Positions 25,841 to 39,482 are shown, counted from the first letter of the stretch. The stretch: DNA of 64,000 nt from Eledone cirrhosa (GCA_964016885.1 OZ024746.1:12028001-12092000); one strand, 5' to 3'. Translations and numbers: made by a program. Notes: generated by a model from the letters alone, not told the origin.

Positions 25841-26747
25841 CTCCCACTCCTATTTTATGTCTGAGAAATAAGCAAATATCCAAACTGTATAACCCAAGGC
25901 AGCTAATGAACACAATATGTTCAGATGGTACTGTTTTGAAATTCTCATCAGTGGAGAATATTTTTATAAAGTTTTAATATTTTGATATTTAAAATGTTTT
26001 ATGTGTCATTTAGAATACAGTTTTTGTTTCACAACTCCATTACAGAATCATTTTTTTTTTTTTTTACTAATTTCTGACTGTTTTGAAAGCCATAGTCATC
26101 CCAAACAAAGTGAAACCAATGTAATATTCAATCAGTTATATTGCTTTCCTGAAATTTGTGATCGTGTCAATGAAATGAGGGCAGTGGATTTGCAGTATTA
26201 TTAGAGCATTTAAGAAAATGTATTGCAGTATTTGTTCCAGCTGGGTTGATAAAATAAAGTACAAATCATGCACTGAGCTTAATTCAAAAACTACCATCAA
26301 TTCACCACCAAGTGTTCCAATTGGCCATACATCACACCAAAAGGGTTAACTAAACACTTTGAGGCAATAAACTTGCAACATTGCCACAGGTGATGGTCAG
26401 ACAAATGAAAATGGCACAGCTTAGTGTTTGAGTTGAAATCTTGCTTCATTCAGCTTTACTTTTCACCATGCTATAAGATTGACAATATATGAGTAGTGCA
26501 TTAGTATGAATTCACTTGACTATGTGCCACCCTTACAAATAACTGTGTTCCTTAACTGTAAATCCTTATTAATTAGTAATAGAATATCAGTATTTTGTTA
26601 CATCCTGTTTTTAAATTCAACTGGAGTTGACATTGCTTTTTTGCCCAAAATATAAGGTTTACCAGTCATGTATTGAGGTTAAGGTTGTCAGCTACACCTA
26701 TTTCCTCTAAATCTGTAGCTTTGTTGTCAATGTTATAACAAATCAGT

Positions 26748-27093
26748 ATTATTGTTATCAATCAAATCCCGCCGAGGTTACCTTTGCCTTTCATCCTTAC
26801 GGGGTCGATAAAATAAAGTACCAGTAATGCACTGGGATAATTGCTGGCCTTGTGCCAAAAGTAGAAATAATTATTGTTATCAATAGATGGCGGTGGATTG
26901 GCAGTATCGGTAGAAGGTCGGACGCCATGCTTTGCAGGAAAGAGTTACGGCTCTTTATGGTCTGAGTTCAAATCCCGCTGTGGTTAACTTTGTCTTTCAT
27001 CCTTATGGGGTCGATAAAATAAAGTACCAGTAATACACTGGGATAATTGCTGGCCTTGTGCCAAAAGAAGAAACAATTATTGTTATCAATAGA
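26748..27093 (+). mobile_element. Two SINE family A copies in tandem with a triplicated target site
   Basis: attattgttatcaat at 26748, 26870 and 27076; first copy 5'-truncated, second full length. Confidence 0.9.
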
Positions 27094-27529
27094 ATGAAGA
27101 GGTGTTGAGTGGTGGAGTAAATACCTTTCAACATTTAGGGGGTTCAGCCAAGTTATACAGCCTAGCTAAGGGTTTAGAGTCAGCCCCACTCTCCTCCTTT
27201 ACCTCTTTTCTCATTATTTAATTTCTCTTTCTTTTTTCTCCCTTCCTGTTTATTATATAAAATATTTATATAAATAAAATTTCATTCTGTCCTATATTCT
27301 GAGTTGAAATCTCACTAGGGTTGACTTTCAACATGACTTTGATTTCAAGATGGTGGTGGTGGTGGTGGTGGTGAATGGAATGATTGCCAATAAAGTATTG
27401 AAGCTGATTCTGTTTTGCTTAGCTGGCACAAAACTCAAAAACTGAAACCATGAAATTTTAAAATTTCAATATTTTGACACATGCATGCAGACACTGAGAT
27501 ATATATATATATATATATATATGGCAAAA

Positions 27530-27725
27530 ATGAGTTGTACCTGTAATTCTACAGGCCAGCCTTGTCACATTCTCTGTCACATTGAATCTCCCTGAGAACT
27601 ATGTGATGGGTATGCATGTTTGTGGAATGCTCTACCACTTGCACGTTAATTTCACGAGCAGGCTGGCTGTTCTGTTGACTATATCAATTGGAACACTCGT
27701 CATTGTAACTGACGAAGTGCCGCAG
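27530..27725 (-). mobile_element. Dispersed repeat, same family as 8530-8745 and the flanks of the MITE at 6100
   Basis: cctgtaattctacaggccagccttgtcacattct...gtggaatgctctaccact. Confidence 0.6.
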
Positions 27726-28438
27726 TATATATATATATATGCACACACACATGCAATTAGGATATTGTGGTTAAGGGGTTCACGTCATAAACACAGGTTT
27801 TGGGGTTCTGCCCTGTGGCATGAAATCTTTGACTATACCCTCAGGTTGACCAATGCTTTGTGAGTGAAATTTGACAGACATAAACTGTGTGGAAGCCTGT
27901 CTTGTGAGTGTGTACACATATGCACAGGTTTTTTTTCTGTAGCTTGTACTGCTGAAGGTGTTGGGCCTATAATCATATTGATGGGGATTCAATTCTTTGA
28001 CCTGGGTTTGATTCTTTGACCAGCTAGCACACTGTATTTATGATAAAAAAACTTCATTTCACATTGCTTCAGTCCTCTCAAATGAAAATGAGTACCAGTA
28101 ATAGCTGGGGATTTAACCCTGCAATGGACTGCTGTCTTGTTCAGAGGCAAAGTTTTGTACTCTCAGTCGTTTAATGTTAATGAAACCTGGACAAGCATGA
28201 ACCTAATGAATTTCCACACTTGGGATAGATTTTAACTTTCTTTTTTCTTTTTTTGATGCTGAATTCAGTTCTGTCTAGTAAAGCTACCTTCATTGGTATA
28301 TGACATCCTGCTTTGTATTCTTGGAATATATTAGTTGTTGATTATCCAGTATAGATTTCAGACCTAGTCAGGCATTCAGTTTAGTAGCTATATTCCTATA
28401 TTTTCTTGTTGGTACATAGGTAAGTGTTTTGTTGCAGT

Positions 28439-28667
28439 TTAACCCTTTAGCATTTAAACCGGCCGTATCCGGCCAGAATTCTCTTGCCTTTTTCTGTTCA
28501 AACTGGCTGTAACTAGCCATTCATACTGATGTTAAGGTATTGTTCTCAAAATTAATAATATCAAAATTCCATAGACTCAATATTATGTGAGATAATTATG
28601 TGAGGTAAAGCTTTTACCACAAAAATACAATAGTATATATAGAGTAATGTAAATGCTAAAGAGTTAA
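28439..28667 (+). mobile_element. piggyBac-type MITE family 1 copy (near full length)
   Basis: TTAA|ccctttagcattta ... taaatgctaaagag|TTAA; about 14-bp TIRs. Confidence 0.82.
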
Positions 28668-29707
28668 AATGTTATATAAGTAATAGAGGTTGAGTTTGTT
28701 GGATTCAGATGAGAGATTTCAATCATTCCAGGTGTTTTATTTCAATATCATCATTATCATCATGATATCCACTTCTTCATGCTAGCATGGGTTGAGTGAG
28801 ACTTTCTGAGGCAGTATTTTATGGCTGGATATTCTTCCTCTAGTGTCAACCCTTATTTTACATTTTTCTAAATATTATATTTATTTCCATGGATCTACAT
28901 TTGTTGAAGCCACAAATCTACAAGGATACAAACAAACATGGAGTGTGGGGTGGTGTCAAGGTAAAAACAGCCATGGGACTCTCACATGCACACATACACA
29001 TGTCTGTATATTCGTCTTCATATGCACACACACATACACACATCTTAAAGTAAACAGCTTCAACGTACACCTTTTACTATGTAAAACAGTCTAACATGTT
29101 GGACATGTAAGACCCTGGAGACAGTAAATTGTACAATGCTGTCCAACTTTTTCCTATATGCCCAAATGCCCAACTATTTTTCACAGTCAAAAATGTACCT
29201 TGAAATTGTTTACTTTATTAGCATAAATTCAAAATTCATAACTCAGTCAATGATTATAAAAATAGATTGTGACTGCCCTAAAGAAGATGTGGGTGCAGCA
29301 CTAAAGAAGACCCCCCCCCTCCCCCCACCTAGTTAAACAAGTTGTCTGGTATGCCTCTCCATTTCTGATATAGTAATACAGCATACCATCCACTCTATCC
29401 ATGATCATCTCACCTCGCTTTTTAACTTTACTCTGTTAGATCCCATCACATTTAGCATGCACCCTTGACTTCTTATTTGTTATCCTTCCTTAATCTTTAT
29501 GGCAAAGTATCCCACACTTATTTCTGAGAAGGTTCTTCAGTAGAAGCTGGTGCCATGATAAAATATCAGGATTTTTACTTTTCTTAGATAAACATTAAAC
29601 ATTATACCTGCTATACAGCCATGTCACATCATTTCTGAATTAGGCATGGATACCTCATAAACATTGTGTTGTCATCAAAATATGACGATGATTTGGCAAA
29701 TAGAATC

Positions 29708-30511
29708 TTAACCCTTTTTATACTAACCTGCTCAAAACTACCCCCGTTTCAATACTGCTCATTGTAAAGAGTTCCTCTGTTTCTATGAAACAAGACTGCT
29801 CACTGTAAAGAGTTCCTCTGTTTCTATGAAACAAGACTGCTCACTGTAAAGAGTTCCTCTGTTTCTATGAAACAAGACTGATCACTGTAAAGAGTTCCTC
29901 TGGTTCTATGAAACAAGACTGATTACTATAAAGAGTTCCTCTGGTTCTATGAAACAAGACTGATCACTGTAAAGAGTTCCTCTGGTTCTATGAAACAAGA
30001 CTGATCATTGTAAAGCGTTCCTCTGTTTCTATGAAACAAGACTGATCATTGTAAAGAGTTCCTCTGGTTTTATGAAACAAGACTGATTACTGTAAAGAGT
30101 TCTTCTGGTTCTATGAAACAAGACTGTTTACTGTAAAGAGTTCCTCTGGTTCTATGAAACAAGACTGTTTACTGTAAAGAGTTCCTCTGGTTCTATGAAA
30201 CAAGACTGTTTACTGTAAAGAGTTCCTCTGGTTCTATGAAACAAGACTGATCACTGTAAAGAGTTCCTCTGGTTCTATGAAACAACACTCATCACTGGAA
30301 AGAGTTCCTCTGGTTCTATGAAACAACACTGCTCATTGGAAAGAGTTCTTTTATAAATTAAAATTTTTCAACATAATTTGATATAAGAACCTTTCGTTAA
30401 TTTACAAATAACATCATAATGAATTAGTAATTTTAGTAAATCCCAACAAATTCATCATTAATTAATTCAGACAGGTATTTAATTTAAAATATTTGTTAAC
30501 AAATGGGTTAA
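29708..30511 (+). mobile_element. piggyBac-type MITE family 2 copy inflated by an internal 41-bp tandem array
   Basis: TTAA|ccctttt ... aaatggg|TTAA; the same body as 15414-15654 surrounds the array. Confidence 0.72.
29754..30350. repeat. Minisatellite, 41-bp unit (ctgtaaagagttcctctggttctatgaaacaagactgatca), about 14-15 copies
   Basis: gagttcc recurs at 29769, 29810, 29851 and onward (period 41). Confidence 0.93.
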
Positions 30512-31087
30512 ATTAATTATGCATTACACTGCATAGTGAAATAATCTATTTGTATGAAACCACATAGTCTTGCTTTGAAGATTATTTTGGGTTAAAACTA
30601 ATTGATTTCAAGGCACAACCTAAACATAAATGCTAGAATACACTAAACTTTCATTTCTTCTTTCTTGCTTTTCTTTTTGTGACAGATGTCCTCATTTTTA
30701 ACGACAATCCTCCATAAATGCTGAAAGTCTAATCTGTATAAAGTAATATTAGTAAAGTTAGTCTGTTGATGGGATGAGGTTTATTTCTAAAAGTCTGTAC
30801 ATTGTACCTAGCTAATCTGCTCTTGTCTTATATAGTGAATCCAAAATCACTTATCTAATGGCATACCTACAACCTAAATAACAGTCTCTCTCTCTCTCCC
30901 TCTCTTTCTCTTTTTCTTGTTCTTCTCCCTATCTCTTTCTCTCCCTGCCTCTCTTTCTCTCTCTTTTCTATGTCTTCCATTAGCAGTCACAAACTGTGTG
31001 TGAACGACTTTTATCTTTTTTTAACCCCCCTCCCCGGTGCCTTTTTTCCAGAAATCATTAGTGTTACAGATTTGACAACAGTGTTGC

Positions 31088-31200
31088 AGTGACAACAGGG
31101 TAGGGGTGACAACAGGGTAGGGGTGACATCAGGGTAGGGGTGACATCAGGGTAGGGGTGACAACAGGGTAGGGGTGACAACAGGGTAGGGGTGACAACAG
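31088..31200. repeat. 17-bp G-rich tandem repeat (ggggtgacaacagggta), about 6-7 copies
   Basis: Direct inspection. Confidence 0.88.
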
Positions 31201-31299
31201 AGAAAGAAGTACAATGAATAAATAAATAAATAGACATAAAAAAATGAAAAACAAAAGAAATAAAAATAAAATATAGGAGCCCCAAAAAGTAACATGAAA

Positions 31300-32580
31300 T
31301 GGTAGATAGATAGATAGGAAGGTGGGTAGGTGGGTAGCAGGTAGGTTAGACAGGAAGGTAGGTAGGTGGGTAGGTTAGACAGGAAGGTAGGTAGGTGGGT
31401 AGCAGGTAGGTGGGTAGGTTAGACAGGAAGGTAGGTAGGTATGTGGGTAGCAGGTAGGTGGGTAGCAGGTAGGTAGGTGGGTAGCAGGTAGGTAGGTAGG
31501 TAGATAGATAGGTAAATATGTAGGTAGGTTAGATACGTAGGTATGTAGGTAGATGGATTGATAGGTGGGTAGGTAGGTTAAATAGGTAAATATATATATA
31601 TAGAGATAGAAATATAGATTGGTAGGTAGGGATATAGATAGATATCTTTCTTTATTTGCCACAGGGGCATACAAAATTGGGACATTACAAGACGTGACGG
31701 CGGGGGTTTACATAAAAATAATTTTAACATTAATAAATAACAAAGTATATATAATAAAATAACAATTGAAATCCCCAATAGGGGGGAACGTTACTGCAGG
31801 GTTGTTTTACACCCCGTGGATAGAACAACCCTCAACACCAGGAACACGTTTTGTAGGTGTTCCTGTCTTCCCTCTGTTTATATTCCAAAACCTACAGGTC
31901 TATATACAGAGAAGGCCCATAGGTAGATATAGGTAGGTAGGTAGGTAGGTAGGAAGATAGGTAGGTAGGTAGGAAGATAGGTAGGTAGGTAGGTAGGAAG
32001 GTAGGTAGGAAGGTAGGTAGGTAGGTAGGTAGGAAGATAGGTAGGTAGGTAGGTAGGTAGGTAGGTAGGTAGGAAGATAGGTAGGTAGGTAGGTAGGAAG
32101 ATAGGTAGGTAGGAAGATAGGTAGGTAGGTAGGTAGGTAGGTAGGTAGGAAGATGGGTAGGTAGGTAGGTAGGTAGGAAGATGGGTAGGTAGGTAGGTAG
32201 GAAGGTAGATAGGAAGATAGGTAGGTAGGTAGGAAGGTAGATAGGTAGGTAGGTAGGTAGGTAGGTAGGAAGGTAGGTAGGAAGATGGGTGGGTAGGAAG
32301 GTGGGTGGGTAGGAAGATAGGTAGGTAGGTAGGAAGGTAGGAAGGTGGGTGGGTAGGAAGATAGGTAGGTAGGTAGGAAGGTGGGTGGGTAGGTAGGTAG
32401 GTAGGTAGGTAGGTAGGTAGGTAGGTAGGTAGGTAGGTAGGTAGGTAGGTAGGTAGGAAGGTAGGTAGGTAGGTAGGTAGGTAGGTAGGTAGGAAGATAG
32501 GTAGGTAGATAGGTAGGAAGATAGGTAGGTAGGTAGGAAGGTAGGAAGGTAGGTAGGTAGGTAGGTAGGTAGGTAGGTAG
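31300..32580. repeat. (TAGG)n-derived microsatellite region, interrupted at about 31640-31920
   Basis: Long runs of gtag/gaag. Confidence 0.92.
31640..31920 (-). mobile_element. Possible non-LTR (Tx1-like) 3' end embedded in (TAGG)n
   Basis: Complex island inside the tetranucleotide repeat; minus strand ends cccctgtggcaaataaagaa. Family assignment is from recollection only. Confidence 0.3.
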
Positions 32581-33234
32581 AGAGAGAGACAGACTTGTAG
32601 GTAGGTAGTAAGTTAGATAGAAAGAAATAGTTACAATAGAAAAGTACTTTGGAATGGTAGGATGATGTTGGTGGTGGTCGGGGGTAGATGAAGAGGAGAG
32701 AGAAAGAGAGGGATTAGATAAATAGCTAGCTGTGAGAGGTTGGTAGAAAGATATAGAGATAGATTAGTAGAGAGAGAAAGAGAGATATGACCGAAAGTGC
32801 AAGCTACATTAAGATCAACTGAAATATATATAAATATATATGTGTGTATATATATGTGTGTATATATATATATATATAAACTAATAGGAAGAACAAACAA
32901 ACAACATTGGAAGAAGAATAAGTGGTGTAAATAAAGTGAAATAAAATAAAATAAAATATCTCAAAGAAAATTTCAACATCTATTTCATTTTACTGTGATT
33001 ATATTTACCCCCCCCCCTCACTCACACACACACACACACTTTATTTTACATTTCTTTTCTCATACAACCTTTCCTTTCATTCATAAAGTATAGTATATGA
33101 CATTTGATGGGCTTTTAGTTGTTGATCTTTTCTATAAAGCGACTACATAGTATTTTGGTTGTTTCAGATTGTTATTTATATACTGTCTGGCTAAAACACT
33201 AACCTTTAGTCACCAGTTCTGGTATATCATTGTA

Positions 33235-33272
<38 letters not shown>

Positions 33273-34089
33273 ATGTGTGTCTCAGTGTGTTGGTGTATGT
33301 GTGTTCCAAATGTGTCATGTCATATAAACAAGGATAGTCACTCAGTCAGTAGGTTTAACAACTATTGTTAAGTTAGTGTTAATATATTATGTATATAATA
33401 TATATAATACATAATATATATAATATATATTATGGTGGAAGCATTGAAAAGCTAACCAGAAATATTTATACAGTAAAAGAAAAACATTAGTGAAGAAATA
33501 TTATTATTTTCATTATTTGGGGAAATACCAGAGACAACTCTAGACATGTTTCTGTTTTTCTCTATCAGGATCTCATTAGCAAAGCTTATACATCACCATA
33601 CTTTCCAAATTAGTGATGGAGGAATGACTAACTCAATATACAATACTGTACATTGTTTGGTATAGAAATACAGAATGGCCCAGAGAATGATAACTAAAAA
33701 CAATAAAACTTTCTGTTAGATTGTTCTGTTTCACCTATACAAAACTACATCATTCAATGTGTCCTTCATTTTATTTAAAGATAGTAAAGTGTAGTATGAG
33801 GTGTGTTGGATTGTTATTTCAAGCAGAGAGGACAACCAGTTATAGGATTAACATGTTTGCAGCATGTAGAACAGTAGTTAAGTTAGTGTTAACATATTTA
33901 ATGTAATGTAGAGATGGCTGATGTTTTTGTTTAAACATCAGCCAGCTTTAACTGTACCAGTAAAGATGAGTACCAGCAATAAGCTGGGGGTTTAACCCTA
34001 TGATGGACTAGAGTCCTGTCCAGGGGGTAGTCTTGTACTCTTGGTCGCTTCATGTCATGAAACCGAGATAAGCACCAGCCTAACAAGCC

Positions 34090-34330
34090 TTAACCCTTTA
34101 CCATTTACATTACTCTAAATTTACTATTGTATTTTTGTGATAAAGGTTTTATCTTACATAATTATCTCACATAATATTGAATCTATGAGATTTTGATATT
34201 TATTTTGAGAACAATACCTTAATATTTATTTTGAGAACAATAGTATGAGCGGCTAGTTACGGCCGGTTTGAACAGAAAGAGGTGAGAGAATTCTGGCTGG
34301 ATACAGCCGGTTTAAATGCTAAAGGGTTAA
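34090..34330 (-). mobile_element. piggyBac-type MITE family 1 copy nested in a SINE tail
   Basis: TTAA|ccctttaccattta ... taaatgctaaaggg|TTAA. Confidence 0.82.
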
Positions 34331-34766
34331 ATGGCTTAAGACCGACTTAGCTCTGATTGGGCAGATCCAGTCCTAGGTATTCCAGGTATTCCAGCAATGA
34401 TCAGCCTGTCTTCCTTTTCTCCAGCCAGTGGTTTACAATACTCAATTTACCTTTTCTTTCTTTTAAATTGTAAATAATTTGAGAAAGATTTAGCTGTTGT
34501 TTCTAAGAGGTAAATGACTACATAGAGGATCTTTCATTGATTTCATTGTAATGATGGTCTTCTGTTGTAATCAGAGAGAGAGGGATATATATATATAATA
34601 GAGAGAGTTGGTATTCTATGAAAATGACTGATTTCATTGGAGAAGAAAGAAAAAAGTAGGTCGTATTTGTGCTTTGTAGCTATTATAGGTAGTAATTTAG
34701 TTTTAGAGTTTGGTGGGCACAAAGGAGGTTGGAACACAGCTGAATGATTTAGAAATATAGTTTACA

Positions 34767-35220
34767 TTAACCTGTTTAATACCAGTCCATCTTTAACCCT
34801 GTTTAATACCAGTCCATCTTTAACTCTGTTTAATGGCAGCCCACCTTTAACCACTGTTTCTATGAAACAAAACCACCTATTTTAAAGGATTCCTACCTGA
34901 ATTTAAATCCGCCAACATAATTTGATGTAAGAAGATTTTGTTAAATTATGTTACAAACACCATCTTAGTAATAAAATAATAAATACTTTTAGTAAATCCC
35001 TCAAAATTCTTCATTAATTAATTCAAATACAGTGTATTTCATTAGAAATATGGTAACGAAAGCGTTAATGATTTGATAACCTGTCTGTACATTAAACAAA
35101 CTCAGGTTAAATTGATAAGTTTATTGCTTTTGTAATAAATCAATTAATAATTTTAGTAAATCCCTTGAAATTCTTCATTAATTAGTTAAATAGTTAGAAA
35201 TTTGGTGATAAAAGAGTTAA
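34767..35220 (+). mobile_element. piggyBac-type MITE family 2 copy with triplicated left end and duplicated right end
   Basis: ttaaccctgtttaataccagtccatct repeated about 3 times, body ttctatgaaacaaaaccacc, end agcg|ttaa at about 35068; second right-end copy about 35140-35220. Confidence 0.6.
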
Positions 35221-35519
35221 TCTATTTTCTGGTTTGACACTACTACGTTAGTAATTGGCAGTTTTTAGCAGTTCACTCTGTCACGAGTATCTAGGTTCAA
35301 TCTTCCATCTGAAGAAAACTACTTCCCACTACCCACGCAGGTTCTCGGTGTTTTTAGCTTTGTTCAGTTTTAGTTAAAATCCTGAGGTCAAATTTATTTT
35401 TCATTTTTACAAAGTTCATAAGTGTTATTAAAAACAATTCATTTTGTTTTGGTAATTATTTAGGCAGAGGAAAGTTGTTGTATTCATAACTATTACAGAA
35501 TCTCTAAGAGTGTATTGAT

Positions 35520-35765
35520 GTAGTTGATACATATCTTGAACAACTGCTAACCAACGATTATGGGGAAGAGTGGGGACATATGCAGCGAAGAAATTCCTGA
35601 GGGATACAATTTTAGAAGTGAGGATAATGAAGACATTTAGTGCATGGCTTGGGAGGGGAGGGAAAACACAGCATAGGTGATAGGAGAGATGTATGTTGGG
35701 CAAAGTTACTATGTGGCTAGTTAAGCTCCGAGGAGTAGGGAAGCTCTGAGAAGTAGGAACCATGT
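35520..35765 (-). mobile_element. Possible old CR1/L2-type LINE 3' remnant
   Basis: GC-richer island with ctcctcggagct and pyrimidine-rich Pro/Ser/His-coding composition on the minus strand; no clean motif. Confidence 0.3.
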
Positions 35766-36990
35766 CTGTGGGATAAAGATTGAAGTGTATTGTTGAATGA
35801 CTTCATACTAATTAAGTAGCTATTGTCTGGATATAATTAGATCAGATTGAATATAATATCTATCCTTCTCTATAACATTAGTGAACTGATTGTCTACTCA
35901 ATAGAAGTAAATAGACAAATTGACAAGAGCTGTGTAGTGGCAGAAATGTTAGAGTGCTAAAGGGTTACAGTGTCTTATGTTATTTAGTTCTAGGATCTGA
36001 GAGTAAATCCTACCAGCATTAGCTTTGCCTTTAAACTCCTCTGGGTTGATGAAACAAGTACTGGGTATATCCTGGATAGGTTTAGTTGAATACATCTCAT
36101 TCTTCATATTTCACCTTCACTGTTATGCTGTTATAAGAAACTAATATATATGGCATTGACATCTGTTAGTATCAAACAAACTTTATGAATGAATGAATAA
36201 ATAAATGAATGAATGAATGAATGTACTGGCGTCATGTGTCTGGCTCCTTTATTAATTTCTGTTTATAATATTTACTTCTTAGTATCTGAAACACTTTACT
36301 AGACTGCACCTGCTTAATCTACAACTAATATTTCATATCCAACAGAGTTCTCATGTTTTCCTTATCTCTCTCTTCCTCACTTTAATATAGTAGTAGATAC
36401 TACAGTTGACTTCTTGTGGATCTTTTCCTCACTTCCTTTCTGATGCCCCACCTCCCTCTCTTGTTGAATTTAGCACTTGGAAATGTTAGGTTATTACATA
36501 TATTTTGATTTCTTTATTATTAAATTACCTGTCAGTTCTCTTTATCTATTTATCACCTGATCATTCTAGCGTTCTAGTTGTTTGTTAGATGTGATACACA
36601 TTTTCCTTCAGTAATTCTCATATTTTTATCACTACAGCTTTAGATCTATATAATGTGCAGATTCACTGTTTGTGTATTTGTTTCACAGTCTTTATTGAGG
36701 AAATAAATGCCTGTTATAGTTTACTAATCTAGTGAGAAGATAATGGAAAGTATGGCATAGATAAAAGATTGTTGGACATGATAAAAGATTGTTGGACTAT
36801 ATTTTATATAATTGGCTATTTTACTGTTCTCAGTTCAAATCCTGTTGATTTCAGAATTTGCCTTTTAGGATTGATAAACTATTGTGTTGAATTGAATCAA
36901 TTATATCTGCTCCTCTGAAATCAAAGTAGACCTTGATCCCCTCTCCTCTTCCAAAAAAGATATCAAAACAACCGACTCTGTTCTGTTTTA

Positions 36991-37253
36991 TTAACTCTTT
37001 AGTTACATTTCTAATGAAAGACACTGCTTATAAGTTTTAAAAGAATTTTGAAAATAATCAAGATTTTAGAGGGATTTAATAATATAACTGACTTATTATT
37101 AAGCTGGTATTTGGAGCATAACTTAACCAAGGTGTTTTTTTTTAAACATAAAATAATAATTGGATGTTTTAGATAAATACAAACACTTTAAGGCAAGCTG
37201 TTTGTATTGTAGAACAAAGGATGATTTTGGGTGGTTGGTATCAAAAGGGTTAA
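36991..37253 (-). mobile_element. piggyBac-type MITE family 2 copy (diverged)
   Basis: TTAA|ctctttagttac ... ggtatcaaaaggg|TTAA. Confidence 0.6.
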
Positions 37254-38079
37254 AGGTGCCACACTTGATATTGATTTAAAAACAAAAAAAGTTATTTTAG
37301 AAATTAGTCTTCATTTACTTGGAGAAAATAAGGTTATGGTTGTAATCATATAAAAACACTTAATTCAGTCTTCCCTAAAATGTAACAGGTCATTTGTGTT
37401 TATTAAGAAACAAATATATTTTCATTTAATGTAAAACTATAAAAAAGGTAAGTGATGGTCAGAAATGTTGATCTAAGATATTTTAAGTGAATTGATAATT
37501 TAATATAAAAATCTTTGGTTGAGAATTGCTTAATATTGATTTTATATTTATTTTTACTGTGGTACATATAATATTGCTCTTATTTTTGGTGCAGTGTATG
37601 TATTTTGGGCTAAATCGACCAACTAACTTCTGTTGAAGCACTGTAACTTGACTGGAAAATAATTTCCAACTTTAGTATCTGTTCGATTAAGAAGTATGAA
37701 TTGAAGTGAAACAAATATATACATTGTTTGGTTGAAGCATTTCCTTATAAATTGCAAGTTTAAAAGGGATATAAGGAGATTTATAGATTTATTGACTTCT
37801 CTAAAATCTTGATAAGATTATTTTTAAAGATTTCATCTGGATAAGGAAAAGAGGAAAGTAAATCATGTGAATAGAAGAAAAAATAGAAATAATTATTCCA
37901 TATGTCCTTTTTTAAAGATCATTACATATGTTTGAAGGACATTTTGTTGCTATTTTTAGTTGGTTGAGTGACTGCAAAGGGGTTTCCTCCTTGTGGTTTA
38001 ATTGATGTACCTCCTGGATTGAATTACTAGTTTAATGCAGACTTTGAACAAAGGTCTGAAGCATTATTTGGGGCAAAAT

Positions 38080-38665
38080 ATAAGTTGAGTGAAGCAGCCG
38101 TATTCTGAACTAGTATTTAGTCATGGGATAGCCCTCCTGTCAGTTGTGGGAAAAGTCTTGTGTTAGACCATGCTGGACAGATTGCTTGATGACATTACTG
38201 GCAATGTTCTTCCTGAATCACAGTGTGGCTTTAGAAGTGGCAGAAGGACAACAGATATGATCTTCTCTGTAAGGTAGGAGAAGTGTATTGAACAGGGAAT
38301 TGATTTGTATGGATTTTTCGATGGCCAAATAACTTTATCTGCAATGAATGTGGTCGGATTTGCCTCAGTAAAGCTGGTCTTTGAAGTCATCACAGAGGCC
38401 ATGTACAATATGTTGTTGATTATGATCTCTTTGGCATTTCTTCCTGTTGGGAGCATGGAAAACAATGTCTTGACTGGTGGACCCCAATGTCATTGGAAAA
38501 CTCACCTAAACAAAACAGGGAACCAGAATGGAAGTAATGTTCATCACTGCAGCATATGCAGAAAGGAATATAAATCCTTGGAAGGGCTAAAGAGTCATGT
38601 TCGTGCCACCGATCTGAGAGAGGGGAATCAGGTAGCAGCAATTCTTGAAATCAAGATGCAGCCAT
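38080..38665 (+). pseudogene. Decayed, internally deleted RTE (BovB-like) LINE: RT fragment plus C-terminal zinc finger
   Basis: GIALLSVVGKVL...LDRL...VLPESQCGFRSGRRTTDMIFSVR*EKCIEQ with stops, followed by CSICRKEYKSLEGLKSHVR. Confidence 0.85.
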
Positions 38666-38749
38666 TGTGTGTGTGTGTGTGTGTAATTAACTAGGTTACT
38701 GAGAAATGACACTATACAATATTAACCACATAATGTGTTATTTACTTCC

Positions 38750-39150
38750 TACATGTCTCCTACTGTGGCTCTAAGATTTGGACACTGACCAAGAAACTCG
38801 CTCAGATGGTGGATGGGGCTACACGAGAATTCTGAGGATCGCTCTGAACATTAATCAGTATACACTGAGGATGAAGAACTCAGAGCTGTACGGGAGCCTC
38901 CCAAAAGTCAGCTCGAAAGTGACAGAGGAGACTGAGGTTAGCTGGACATGCTCACCGACATCCAGAGTTGACACTGCACTCAGTGCTCCTGTGAGAGACC
39001 CTGCATGGACACACTGGAAGAGGAAGACTGAAGTTAACGTATGTTGATGCCCTAAGGACAGACACTGGTCTCTTGGAGATGCAGAACATGGCAGCGATAA
39101 TGAGGGACAGGGAACGCTGGAGAGAACTCGTCCATGGATCTCGGGAATTT
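38750..39150 (+). pseudogene. RTE/RTE-X-type LINE ORF C-terminal fragment with frameshifts
   Basis: WTLTKKL / YTRILRIALNI / NSELYGSLPKVSSK / RRLRLAGHAHRHPE motifs across frames. Confidence 0.75.
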
Positions 39151-39404
39151 TACCCACATAGATAGATGTCTCCTACTGAGTGTATTTCTCCCCAGCCTTC
39201 AATACACATATACTATTGCGTGCATCTCTCTCCCTCACGTGTGTATGTGTGTGAGAGAGAGAGGCTTCGGGTTTAGATGGACTCAATTCTTGGATCAGGT
39301 GATACTTGATATGTTGAGGCAAGACACTTCATTTCTTGTTGTTTTTCATGATAGGGACTGAAGCCCTTATCATTAAAATATGTGAGAAACCTCGAAGGCC
39401 AACT

Positions 39405-39406
<2 letters not shown>

Positions 39407-39482
<76 letters not shown>
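39407..39482. repeat. (CA)n microsatellite
   Basis: Perfect run. Confidence 0.95.

Noticed and set aside
33915-33944. Small hairpin tggctgatgttt/aaacatcagcca
   Set aside because: Only 12-bp arms, with no ribozyme core or transposon terminus recognisable.
38540-38610. C2H2 zinc-finger gene exon (CSICRKEYKSLEGLKSHVR)
   Set aside because: Single finger at the 3' end of a decayed RTE element; no linker array or splice context.
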